From an uncultured bacterium (lineage in GTDB: Bacteria; Verrucomicrobiota; Verrucomicrobiia; Limisphaerales; UBA8199): DNA of 64,000 bases. The stretch lies in contig CAVVMW010000005.1 in NCBI GenBank assembly GCA_963749495.1, forward strand, positions 447,495-511,494. The letters run 5' to 3'. Under the pieces are notes generated by a model. It searched no databases. It saw nothing but the letters and a program-made list of their open reading frames with translations, and was not told the origin of the DNA. Both the position numbers and the translations under genes were made by a program. Positions 22,589-32,543 of the stretch are shown one piece after another (the first letter of the stretch is position 1; each line of letters begins with the position of its first letter).

Positions 22589-23257
22589 CTACGCCTGCAC
22601 GATCTCGTTGCGGAGGGCGTAGCGCACCAGCTCGCTGACCGAGTGCAGGTCGAGCTTGCGCATTATGTTGGCCCGATGCGCTTCCACGGTCTTCACGCTG
22701 AGTCCAAGCTCGAGCGCGATGTCCTTGCTCGTCCAGCCCTCGGCAATGAGCTGAACGACCTCGCGCTCGCGTGGCGTGAGTCGGTCGGCGGGGGCGCCCG
22801 CCTGCGCGGGGTGCTCGCCGGGATGCAGGAACGCATCGAGCAAGAGCGCAGAAGCGGGGCCGGTGAAAAACGGCAGATGTTGCGCCAGCGCCTCCATGGC
22901 CGTGGCGAGCTGCCGCTTTGCGTCTGTCTTCAACAAAAAACCGCGCGCGCCCGCCGCCAACACCGCGCGCGCCAGCATCTCCGAATCGTGCATGGTCAGG
23001 ATGAGCACTTCGGTGCCGGGCAGGGCCTTGCGAATCCGGAGCGTGGCTTCGAGGCCGTTCAGCTCCGGCATGCTGAAGTCGAGTATCACCACGTCCGGCT
23101 TGAGCTCCAGCGCCTTCGCGACGGCCTCGCGGCCGGTGACGGCTTCCCCGCACACCTGGAAATCCGCGCGCGCGGCGAGGATCGTCCTCAGCCCCTCGCG
23201 CACCACGTCGTGGTCGTCTGCAACCAGGATTCTTATCGTTGATGGTTGATGGTCCAT
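22589..23257 (-). CDS. NarL/LuxR-family response regulator
   Basis: ILVADDHDVVREG...LTPREREVVQLIAEG...KTVEAHRANIMRKL. Confidence 0.95.
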   Translation of the reverse strand: MDHQPSTIRILVADDHDVVREGLRTILAARADFQVCGEAVTGREAVAKALELKPDVVILDFSMPELNGLEATLRIRKALPGTEVLILTMHDSEMLARAVLAAGARGFLLKTDAKRQLATAMEALAQHLPFFTGPASALLLDAFLHPGEHPAQAGAPADRLTPREREVVQLIAEGWTSKDIALELGLSVKTVEAHRANIMRKLDLHSVSELVRYALRNEIVQA

Positions 23258-23275
23258 GCGTCCTCCCGCCCCTCG

Positions 23276-23770
23276 TCACTTTCGGAAAATCGCCTCCTTG
23301 TTCGGAATGGTCATGCCCTCGGCGGCTTCCATCCGGGCACAAAGCTCCTGCACGAACTGCGGCGAACGCACTCGCCATTCCCAGAGCGCCCCCAGCAGCT
23401 CGGTCAAGTCGAAGACTTCCACGCCGGCCTGGGTGCAGAAGTTGCGCGCGCGTTTGTCGTTGCTCAGAAAAGCCCAACCGCGCGCCTGGCAAATGGCGAT
23501 GCTCTCGGCCTCTCCGGCACCCAGCGAAACCGGCATCGCCTCCCGAGCTTGGATTTCCTCGGGGGCCGCGACAACCAATTCCAGCCGCCCCTGGTTCCGC
23601 AGGCCCTTGGTTTGTTCGAGCCAGGCGCACCCGTGGGCCAGGGCCTCGTTCAACTCGGCGAGCACGGCGGACGTCAGCCCCAGCGGGGACCGACCGAAGA
23701 GTTGGAACAGCAACTCCAACTCGTCCACCCGCGCGAAGGTGGAAAGGATGTTGGTGTCCACGAGGATCAC
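23276..23770 (-). CDS. PIN-domain toxin (DUF3368-like)
   Basis: ILVDTNIL...LGAGEAESIAI...FLSNDKRAR. Confidence 0.85.
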   Translation of the reverse strand: MILVDTNILSTFARVDELELLFQLFGRSPLGLTSAVLAELNEALAHGCAWLEQTKGLRNQGRLELVVAAPEEIQAREAMPVSLGAGEAESIAICQARGWAFLSNDKRARNFCTQAGVEVFDLTELLGALWEWRVRSPQFVQELCARMEAAEGMTIPNKEAIFRK

Positions 23771-24087
23771 ATGTATCGGTCGCGAATCTTCCTGGACTGC
23801 TCCCGGACGCGCTTCTCATCCACCTCCACCACCACCTTGATCCCGCGTTGGATCATCAGGTTGCGGAACCGGAAGAAGTTCATGCCCGCGATCTCCGCCG
23901 CGCGCTCGAGGCTGATTTCGTCAGCCTTCCACATTGCCAGCGCGGCTTCGATCCGGTACTGAGGCTTGGCCGTGAAGAACGTGTCCAGCACCTCGCGCAC
24001 GGCTTCGGCTTCGTTGCGGAACAAACCCGCCCGCACGGTGGCCGCCAGTTCCCGCTCCAGCAAAGTGGTTTCGTTGCTCTCGCTCAT
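23767..24087 (-). CDS. UPF0175-like antitoxin
   Basis: ISLERAAEIAGMNFFRFRNLMIQRGI; overlaps PIN start. Confidence 0.8.
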   Translation of the reverse strand: MSESNETTLLERELAATVRAGLFRNEAEAVREVLDTFFTAKPQYRIEAALAMWKADEISLERAAEIAGMNFFRFRNLMIQRGIKVVVEVDEKRVREQSRKIRDRYM

Positions 24088-26377
24088 ATTGTCTGGTCCA
24101 ATAGTGGATGGTTAATGGGGAATGGTCAATGGCTGTTCAGTCGGTTCCTCTCCCCGGGGAACAATAGCACGGATCGTCGTGCCTTGCCCGCCAGACTCGA
24201 TCTCCAGTCGCCCGCCGAGCAGGCGCATCCGCTCCCCCATCCCCGCAATGCCGACGCCCAGCCAACTACTCCCCACCCGGATGGCCTGGAGTGTCTCCGC
24301 GGACATGCCGCGGCCCTGGTCGCGCACCTCCAGCGTCACCTGCTCCGCATCGCAAGCAAGGCCGATGCGCGCGCTCGGGCGCCGGCGTGCCGGTAGATGT
24401 TGGTGAGGCCTTCCTGCACAACCCGGAACAGCGCAATCTCGACCTCACCGGCCAACCGCTCGAGAGCGGGTGGCGCGTCGAAAATGACCTGCGTGCCGCT
24501 GCGTTTGGAGAAACCCTCGACGCAGTTCCTGATCGCGGCAGCCAGCCCCAGTTCATCCAGCAAGGGCGGGTGCAGCAAGTGGGAGAGCGTGCGGATTTCC
24601 TGCGCGCATTGCTCGATGAGCGCGAGGCAGTCGGCGAACATGTTGTCCGCCTTGCCCCCGGGGGCGTTAGTGGCGTCCTGGAGCAACCCGACGGACATGC
24701 TCAACGCGGCGAGCTTCTGGCCGGTGGAATCGTGCAAATCGCGGGCGATGCGCCGGCGCTCGGCGTCTTCGGCGTTGCTCAACCGCAACGACAGCCCGCG
24801 CAGCGCCTCCTCCGCCTGTTTGCGCTTGGTGATGTCTCTCAGGAATACAACTACGTACCCTCCTTGCGCGGGCTTGTACTGGGCGCTGACTTCTACGTCA
24901 AAACTGCTGCCGTCCTTGCGGCGGTGCCGGCTTTCAAAGTGGTCCTTGCCTCGTGCCAGGAGTCTTCGCACGTGGGCGGCGGTCTCGGCGGGCGTCTCGA
25001 CGGCCTCCAGGTCGGGAGTGCTCATGGCCAGTAGTTCCCGTTCGCTATAGCCGCTCATTTGGCAATAGGCGTCATTGACTTCCAGCAAACGGCCTTGCAG
25101 GTCCGCCCGCCAGAATCCGCTCAAGGCCGTCCGGAGGATTGTCCTGTGCCGATCCTCGCTCTGCCGCAGCGCCTCCTCCGCTCGCTTGCGCTCGGTAATG
25201 TTGCGGAAATACCCGATGAGGCCGTCGGCCTTGCCCATCGCGTCGAACTTCGGAATGTAAGACCCCTCGAAGAACTCGGTCTCACCCCACGAGTTGCGAA
25301 GCGGCATCTCCAACCGAGCCGGTTTGCCCCTCTCCAACACCTTCCGCTTGATGGCGGTGAGCTTCTCGGCATCCTCCTTTCCGAGGAAGTCCTGCTCCGT
25401 CTTTCCGATCATGTCCGCCTCCGTGAGGCCAAGCTGCGGATTAACGACCCACTGGTAACGCAGGTCACGGTCCTGCATGACGATGTGGTCCGGGGTGTGG
25501 GCGGCGATGGCGCGGAACCGCGCCTCGCTCTCCCGCAACGCGTTATGAGTCTGCTGGTGCTCAGTGAGCGCCGCCGCCAGGAGCAGCGCGGGAACCGCCG
25601 TGATGGCCAGGAGCAACTCCGCGACAATCACATCATTGAGCACGCCGGGAGCGAAGGAAAAACTCGGGACGCGGCCCCACACGGCGAACGTGACGGCAAT
25701 CGCCGCCAGGATGATCATGGCCGTCGCCACGCCGCGCACTCCGAAACGCAAGGCCGCCCACAGCAGGAACGGGAAGGTCGCGTAGGGCAGAAAAATCGCG
25801 AACAATTTGTGCCCGGACAGAGAACTGAAGACGGCAAAGTTCACCAGAGCCAGCAGGATGAACAGAGCCGCCCCTTCAAACGCCCTTTGCCGATTCCAGG
25901 CCCTCGACGCGGTTCTGGCCCAAGCGGCCCAAGTCAGAATGAAAGGAGTGACCAGCAAATTGCCGGCGCCTTCGGGGGCGGCCGACCATTGCCACGAGAT
26001 CCAGAACGAATGGGTTCCAGGCAGAAGCTTGGATGCCGCCGCGTCCGCCAGCGACGTCACGGCATTGCTGAGCAGGACCGACAGCGCCAGCCAACGGACC
26101 ACATCACCAACCCTTCTGAAGGTGATCGGCTCTCCCACGAAGCGATGCAGCAGCCAGGCACTCAGCGCCGCATCGCCCGTCAATGACAGCGAGTAAATGG
26201 CGCTGACGGGCAAGGGCGTGCCCGCCAGCATTTCCGCACTGCAGTCGGTGATGAAGAGCGTGCCAACCAGCCAGGGCCTCAAGTCGCGCCGGCTCAGCAG
26301 GATGGCGGAGAGAAAAATGCCGGCCGGCGGCCAGATGGCCGCAATGCCTTCCGGCTCGAACCGGAGCAACAGGCTAA

Positions 26378-27653
26378 GTACGCCACTTCATAAATTCGGT
26401 CACGTATTTTCTCAGGCGGCTTGAGGCAGCGCGGTGGCTTGTTCGGGAGCTAATTTGAGGAGGAGTTGGTCCAGGTCTCGACGGGTGAATTTCCACTGGA
26501 ACGGTCGAGCGAGCGTCTCGAAATGGCGCTCAAACTGCCAAAGCGCATGCGCCATCTCGTCCAGGGAGCCGAAGTCGTTTGGCGTCAGGACTTTGCGCTC
26601 GATAATGGAAAAGTAGACCTCGATCTGGTTCAGCCAACTGGCGTGAACTGGGCCATGGACCAGTTGGAGGCGCGGATAACGCTGCTGCAAGCGCCTCACG
26701 CTGGGAAGGCCCCGGTGGGAGGAGCCGTTGTCCACGATCCAAAAGACCCGGCGAGCTTGGGAGTAAGGCGGTTGGGTCATCACGCGGTTGACCAGCCGAT
26801 CAAAAGGCGCGATTCCGCTGTGGAGTTCGCAACAGCCAAAGACTTTGGCGTGATGCACATCCAGGGCCGCCAGGTAAGTGCGGGCTCCCCTGCGTGCGTA
26901 CTCATGCTCCACCTTCATCGGTTGGCCAGGCCGTGGCGGTCGAGTCGGGTGAATACGGTCCCGGGCTTGAATGCTGGTCTTTTCATCGGCCGAGAGCACG
27001 AACTCGTCCTCGTGCAAAGGGTGCCCGTCCCATACCCGCTCGTAGAGGTCGAGCAGGCGCCCGGCTTTGAGGGCGAAGGCCGGGTCGCGCGGGAAGATCC
27101 AACAGCGGTGAAACCAAGGCCGGATGGCGTCCTGGTGCAACCAACGCCAGAGCGTGGTGTCGCTGATGTGGGCGACCAGCCCGGACTGGCAAACCTCTTC
27201 GGTTAGTTCGGCGAGGCTCCAACGCGACAAGGGTAGGCCTCGCTGACGAGGTAGTTCGCAAGCCAGAGCCTTAACCTGCACGACCAGTTCTGGGGGGAAA
27301 AACCCGGGGCCGACCCGGGCGGGGGAGTTCCTCCAGCCCGCGCAAGCGCTCATGGAAGAAGCGCTTACGCCAGTCACTGACGACTTCTCGGCGGGTATCC
27401 AGGCGAGCAGCAATATCGTCGTTGGCCAGACCCTCAGCCGCCATAAGGATCATTTTAGCCCGGAGGACCTCGAAATACGGTAACGTATATTTCGCCGCTC
27501 TTCGTTCCAGTTCGCGCAGTTCACCCGGGGTCAGCGTGATAGAGAATGGGCTTTTTTTAGGCATAGAATAGTACCGTTCAATGCGGCGCTATTCTATGTG
27601 AAACCGGGAAAGTCAGCAACAAAATACGTTAGTGTATTTATGAAAACGGGTAC
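26378..27653 (-). mobile_element. IS630-family insertion sequence
   Basis: Imperfect TIRs gtacgccacttcataaat / atttatgaaaacgggtac; TAA duplicated on both sides; DEK, DN..SH and SWLNQIE motifs. Confidence 0.92.
26412..27564 (-). CDS. IS630 transposase (HTH ORF + DDE ORF joined by frameshift at TTTTTCCCCCC)
   Basis: ORFs 27271..27564 and 26412..27413 overlap at PRPGRPRVF/FPPEL. Confidence 0.85.
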
Positions 27654-27761
27654 TAAGCCGGGCCACGGTGAAATAGATGAGCGCGACGGACGCGACCCAA
27701 AGAACGTTCCGCCCCAGGGAAGGGCGTGCGGGGAAAAGCAGCGCGCTGTCGCTCTCATTCT

Positions 27762-27974
27762 TCATAGGGAGCAATACACCCCGCAGCCCTCCTGGCACAT
27801 CTTGACCCGCCGCGCCTGGTGGAGAATCGGCAAGTGTCTCGATATGGTGAACGCGGCCAGCCCGAACAATTCCTTGAGCTGGCAGGCGCACAACTCCCGC
27901 CCCCGAAGGACCATCCCCATCCGAACCTGGCTGGCGCCCATCAGCGCCTGACTGATGTTCACGAACTGGGTCAT
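27762..27974 (-). pseudogene. Degenerate ArsR/SmtB-family regulator
   Basis: ELCACQL...FTISRHLPIL..A..V, truncated after the wing; ATGA overlap with the kinase. Confidence 0.6.
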
Positions 27975-28037
27975 GAGCCCGATCGTACCCAAGATGGCGA
28001 ACAGTGTAAAGCGCCAAGCAAGGGCGAACTGTACGGC

Positions 28038-28210
28038 GGCCGCATCTTGTCAGTACCACCACGGCCCAGGAACGCCGCCTTTAGGCGGCAGGGCCTTGGG
28101 AATGCGAGAGATGTTGGAATGCTCGGGGTCGCGGCCCATTCCGACGCTGCTGCCGCCTGAAGGCGGCGTTCCGCCACGGCCTCGCATGGTGGTACGGACA
28201 AGATGCGCCC
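28038..28210. mobile_element. GGGCGCATC-type MITE shell carrying a different palindrome (GGAACGCCGCCT..AGGCGGCAG)
   Basis: TIRs ggccgcatcttgtcagtaccacc / ggtggtacggacaagatgcgccc; flanks ctgtacggc / ctctacggc. Confidence 0.85.
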
Positions 28211-28212
28211 CT

Positions 28213-28518
28213 CTACGGCCTCAGGAAAGGGGCGGGGCAGACCCTGCACCCCAGCCCTCCCCTTCCGAAGGGGAGAGGCCACTGGCCAGCAAGTTGCCGA
28301 GCCGCCAGTTGAGCCGGGCTTCCAGGGCCGGCGGGCACGGCTGCCTCGGCGGCGATCGCCCGGCGGACGGCGCGCGGCGCCGCCACGTTGCAGACCGACG
28401 CGATGTCGGCCCCGCTGAACGCGGCGGTCTTCGCGGCCAGCTCGTCAATGCGGAGATCTCCGTGGATGGACGAGCCGCCTTGGGGCCGATCCTCGTCGGA
28501 GTTCTTCTTATTTTTCAT
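28213..28518 (-). pseudogene. Hsp20 N-terminus fused to CDC48 C-terminus (deletion scar)
   Basis: MKNKKNSDEDRPQGG (as 20590) joined to RIDELAAKTAAFSGADIASVCNVAA (as about 18100). Confidence 0.85.
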
Positions 28519-29935
28519 GGCTGGTCCGGTCGTTCGGGTGGATCCCATATTTCTTGAGCTTCGAGTACAGGGTCTTGTAGTCGATGTGGAGCAGGCGGGC
28601 GGCCCTGGCCTTGTTGCCGCCTGTTCGGCGCAGGGCCTCCAGGAGCGCCTCACGTTCCACGTCTCCAACCGCCCGCTCCACAAGTTCTTTCATCAACGGC
28701 AGCTCGGTCCCATTGGGTGGCGTTTTCACACCCATGGCCTTAGCAGGAAGGATGCCGTCGCCGGGGCGGCCAAGGCCAAGGTGCTCTTCCCTCACCTCCT
28801 CGTCCGCCAGGAGGACCGCGCGACGGATGGTCGAGCGGAGTTGCCGCACGTTCCCCGGCCAGCAATAGGCGACCAGGGCCTGCTCCGCCGATGCCGAGAA
28901 TCCCCGCACGGTCTTGTTCAATTCACGGTCGGTTGAATCCAGGAACCGCTTGGCCAGGTACATGATGTCTTCCGGGCGCTCGCGCAAGGGGGGGATTCTC
29001 AGCACGAATTCATTCAACCGGTAGAACAGGTCCTGACGGAAGCCCCCGGCCGCAACGGAGGCCTCCAGGTCCTCGCTGGCCGCAACCAACAGGCGCAAAT
29101 CAATCGGGATGGGGGTCGAACCGCCCAAATGATACACCACCCGTTCCTGGAGAACCCGCAACAGCTTCGCCTGCGAGCCAACCGGCAAGTTGAGAATCTC
29201 ATCCAGGAACAACGTGCCCCCTTGCGCCTGCTCCATCTTTCCGCGCCTGGGACCCACCGCGCCGGTAAAAGCCCCGCGTTCATGGCCGAAAAGCTCACCC
29301 TCGAGCAGCGTTTCGGGAATGGCCCCGCAATCCACGGGGACGAACGGGTTTCTGGCCCGCGGACTGGCGAAGTGAATGGCCCGGGCGACCACCTCCTTGC
29401 CTGACCCGGTTTCGCCCAGAATGACCACGGTGAAATTGGACCTGCTGACGCGGTTGATTTCCACAATCAATTTGCCGACGGCCTCGCTGGCGCCCATGAC
29501 ATCGGTCAGATCGTGGTTTGGGTTGGTCTGGCGAGAGAGTTGCCTCAACCGGGTGTTGTGCTGGCGCTCGGCCAGGGCCCGCCGGATGATGCGCATGAGC
29601 TCCTGCGGCTGGAAGGGCTTCTGCAAGTAATCGTGCGCCGCCGCGCGTATCGCTTCCACCGCCCCGTTAATCCCGGCGTACCCCGTCATCAGCACCACCG
29701 GAAGGTCTTGGTCCAAGTCCTTGAGCCGCCGCAACAAGTCCAATCCATCCACGTCAGGCAGGACCTTGTCCGTAAGGACCACCTCGGGCGACTCAAGCCG
29801 GACTTTTTGCACAGCCGTTTTGCCGTCGTAAGCCTGCAACGGAATCAGCCCTTCCTTCTCGAGCAGGCGGGCGGTCATCTCGCAGAAGTCCTGCTCGTCA
29901 TCCACGACAAGAATCCGGCTGGCTTCCATGGTCAT
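28508..29935 (-). CDS. NtrC-family sigma54 activator, copy B (intact)
   Basis: Near-identical to copy A, correct C-terminus KTLYSKLKKYGI. Confidence 0.93.
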   Translation of the reverse strand: MTMEASRILVVDDEQDFCEMTARLLEKEGLIPLQAYDGKTAVQKVRLESPEVVLTDKVLPDVDGLDLLRRLKDLDQDLPVVLMTGYAGINGAVEAIRAAAHDYLQKPFQPQELMRIIRRALAERQHNTRLRQLSRQTNPNHDLTDVMGASEAVGKLIVEINRVSRSNFTVVILGETGSGKEVVARAIHFASPRARNPFVPVDCGAIPETLLEGELFGHERGAFTGAVGPRRGKMEQAQGGTLFLDEILNLPVGSQAKLLRVLQERVVYHLGGSTPIPIDLRLLVAASEDLEASVAAGGFRQDLFYRLNEFVLRIPPLRERPEDIMYLAKRFLDSTDRELNKTVRGFSASAEQALVAYCWPGNVRQLRSTIRRAVLLADEEVREEHLGLGRPGDGILPAKAMGVKTPPNGTELPLMKELVERAVGDVEREALLEALRRTGGNKARAARLLHIDYKTLYSKLKKYGIHPNDRTSHEK

Positions 29936-30654
29936 CGCTTCTGCTCCTTCGTGTTCAAGGGCGGGAAAACCGGGCAAGCAACGCGAATGTCCCTGGCCAG
30001 GCACCCTTCAAGAGAATGGAGCATCCCCAAAAACAGGAGGCCCGTCTCGCCCGCCCCCAGTGTGAGGTTGATGCGTTCCCCGATGGCTTTGTCGCGCTGC
30101 TTGAGCAAGGACCGGCTAAGAGCCCTATGGCGGGCCTCCAGACGGGCGGCTCGCTCTGTGTGGCCCGCTTCCAGGCTCTGTTTCACCAGCCGGTACTCCT
30201 GCACCAGCAATTCGGCGGGTTCGGTCCCCATGAGAATGGCCCCTTTCTCCATCAAGCGAAGCAAGAGCTGATGGTTCCGGCTTCCGGCTTTGGCGAGGTC
30301 CGCCACGATTTCCGCCTCTCGCCCGCAGACTGGCAAGCCATCCTGATAGAGACGCACCTTCGAGTACGGCAAAGACCAACCGCCAATCGCCGTTTCAATT
30401 TGCGTCCACACCTGGCCGATCAAGTTGAGGTTGCGCTCCCACCCTTCTTTACCCAGCTTTCGAACGGTCATGGCCTTGACTGCGTGGCGCAGCGCCCCCA
30501 GGTCGGCCTCGGTGTGGATAATGGGCAGGTGAATCAGGCTCCGGCCCTGGGCCTCGGAGGAGGGCTGCCCCTCTGAGGCCGGCCATGGCGGCTTTGTTGT
30601 CATTGTCGTTTTCTGAGGCATTGCTGGCTGCCTGATTCTGCGCAAAATGGGCAA
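29932..30654 (-). CDS. Conserved hypothetical protein upstream of the activator (GvpY-like position)
   Basis: LIHLPIIHTEADLG...VRLYQDGLPVCG...RDKAIGERINLTL..GLLFLGMLH; start uncertain. Confidence 0.7.
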   Translation of the reverse strand: MPILRRIRQPAMPQKTTMTTKPPWPASEGQPSSEAQGRSLIHLPIIHTEADLGALRHAVKAMTVRKLGKEGWERNLNLIGQVWTQIETAIGGWSLPYSKVRLYQDGLPVCGREAEIVADLAKAGSRNHQLLLRLMEKGAILMGTEPAELLVQEYRLVKQSLEAGHTERAARLEARHRALSRSLLKQRDKAIGERINLTLGAGETGLLFLGMLHSLEGCLARDIRVACPVFPPLNTKEQKR

Positions 30655-30884
30655 CCCTCCTCTGTTGTCAACAGTTTCGCCGCTCAGCCGCCGATACTAG
30701 GCGCGCCGGGCAACGCTGTCGAGTCACTAAGCCCACTACGCCCCTGTCACAGTTTGCCCGACACGGCGCCTAAGCCGTACGACTTTGGCTTGGCGCTCTC
30801 AGACCGGTTTGACGCGTCTGACGCGTCTTGCCCCGCGCCATTCTCAGATTGACAAGCCCCTTGCGTTCGGGTTCCATGGCCTCC

Positions 30885-31358
30885 ATGAAAGGCAATACCG
30901 GACTCATCGCCACCCTCAACGTCCTCCTGGCTGAGGAGTTGACGGCCATCAACCAGTACATGGTACACTCGGAGATGTGTGCCAATTGGGGATTTGACCC
31001 TCTGCACAAAGCCGTCGAGAAACGGGCGACCGATGAAATGAAACACGCCGAGAAACTCATCGGGAGAATCCTCTTTCTCGAAGGGACCCCGCAGGTCAGC
31101 CATTTGAACGAGTTGCGCATTGGCGCGGAGGTTGCCGCGCAACTGGACGACGATCATACTGCCGAGCTTGGAGCCGTGAAGGCCTATAACGATGCCATTG
31201 GCCAGGCCGGGGAAATCGGCGACAACGGCACGCGCGAGTTGCTGCAATCCATTTTGCGCGACGAGGAAGCCCACCTGGACTGGCTGGAAGCACAACTTGA
31301 CCAAATCAAACAGATGGGAATCCAGAACTACCTGGCCCAACAAGTGAACCAGAAGTGA
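30885..31358 (+). CDS. bfr: Bacterioferritin
   Basis: MKG...LAEELTAINQYMVH...DEMKHAEKLIGRILFLEG...DEEAHLDWLE. Confidence 0.95.
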   Translation: MKGNTGLIATLNVLLAEELTAINQYMVHSEMCANWGFDPLHKAVEKRATDEMKHAEKLIGRILFLEGTPQVSHLNELRIGAEVAAQLDDDHTAELGAVKAYNDAIGQAGEIGDNGTRELLQSILRDEEAHLDWLEAQLDQIKQMGIQNYLAQQVNQK

Positions 31359-31403
31359 CGCAAGGTGAGCCTGGCAGCCCGCCTGAGGCCGGATTGAAAC
31401 GAC

Positions 31404-32543
31404 ATGATTGGCAGCATCAAGTCGAACCCACCTGGGCTTGGCGCGCCGGCCCTGGCGCTGCTGGCGCTGACGTGCGCCCTGGCCGGTTGCCGGCGCGAGC
31501 AAATCAAGGCCCCTTCGCCCGCGGCCCAGTTTGAGCGCCAGGGCAACCTCATTGTCATCCCGAGGCAATCCCCCTTGCGCTCGCGCCTGGTGTTGGAGCC
31601 GGCGCGCCGGGAGAGCATCCAAAGCCAGCTCTTCGCCCCGGCGGTGGTCGAGGCCGAGCCGCAGAAACTGGCCCGCATCTTCCCGCCCGCCTCCGGCCGG
31701 CTCGCCAAGCTGCACGTCCGGCTGGGCGACACGGTCACGCAAGGCCAGTTGCTGGCCTCGCTCAATTCGAGCGAGTTTTTTGCCGGACAGAACGATTACG
31801 TCAAGGCCCGGAACGCCGTGCAGTTGACCACTCGCGCCTTGAAACGGCAGCAGGAGCTGCTGGAACACAAGATCGCCGCCCAAAAGGATGTGGATCAGGC
31901 GGCCAGCGATTACGAAGTGGCCCGGAGCGACTTGGATAACGCGACCAAACGGCTGCTGGTCTATGGGCTGGACCCTGAGAGGGACCGGTTGGGCCAGCCG
32001 TTGCAGGTCTTTTCACCGCTGGCAGGCCAGGTGGTGGAGATGACCTCGGGCAGCGGGGAGTTTCGCAACGATGTCTCCGCTCCGTTGATGACGGTGGCTG
32101 ATTTGTCCACCGTCTGGCTGACGGCCAATGTGCCGGAGAAGGACTTGCGGCACCTGAGCAAGGGCCAGAGCATCGAGGCCTCGCTGGGGGCCTATCCGGG
32201 CGAAGTGTTCACCGGCCAGGTCCTGTTCATCGGGGGCCTGATCGACCCCGAGCTTCGAGTGGCCAAAGTCCGCATCGAGTTCGCCAACCCCCAGGGCCGC
32301 CTCAAGCCCGGGATGTTCGCGACGGTGAAATTCCTGGGCGTGGCGGAGACGCGGGTGACCGTGCCGGCCGCGGCCATCGTGCAGTCGGGGCAGAGCGCCT
32401 TCGTCTTCGAGGAGGTTCAGCCCTGGACGCTCCAGCCGCGCGAGGTCCTGGTGGGTCCGCAGGTGGGCGAGCGCATCGTGATCGCCAAGGGACTGGAGGC
32501 CGGGGCCAGCATTCTGGCTGGAGACGGAGTCCTCTTCCAATGA
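31404..32543 (+). CDS. RND periplasmic adaptor (CzcB/CusB-like lipoprotein)
   Basis: LAGC lipobox; VRLGDTVTQGQLL; NPQGRLKPGMF. Confidence 0.92.
   Translation: MIGSIKSNPPGLGAPALALLALTCALAGCRREQIKAPSPAAQFERQGNLIVIPRQSPLRSRLVLEPARRESIQSQLFAPAVVEAEPQKLARIFPPASGRLAKLHVRLGDTVTQGQLLASLNSSEFFAGQNDYVKARNAVQLTTRALKRQQELLEHKIAAQKDVDQAASDYEVARSDLDNATKRLLVYGLDPERDRLGQPLQVFSPLAGQVVEMTSGSGEFRNDVSAPLMTVADLSTVWLTANVPEKDLRHLSKGQSIEASLGAYPGEVFTGQVLFIGGLIDPELRVAKVRIEFANPQGRLKPGMFATVKFLGVAETRVTVPAAAIVQSGQSAFVFEEVQPWTLQPREVLVGPQVGERIVIAKGLEAGASILAGDGVLFQ

Larger units (their letters stand above)
24112..27765 (-). pseudogene. MASE1-PAS-PAS-HisKA_3 sensor kinase interrupted by IS630
   Basis: N-terminus MKNESD...IYFTVARLS joins LLLRFEPEGIAAIWPPAGI across the IS; ERRRIARDLHD; extra frameshift about 24380. 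Confidence 0.88.
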
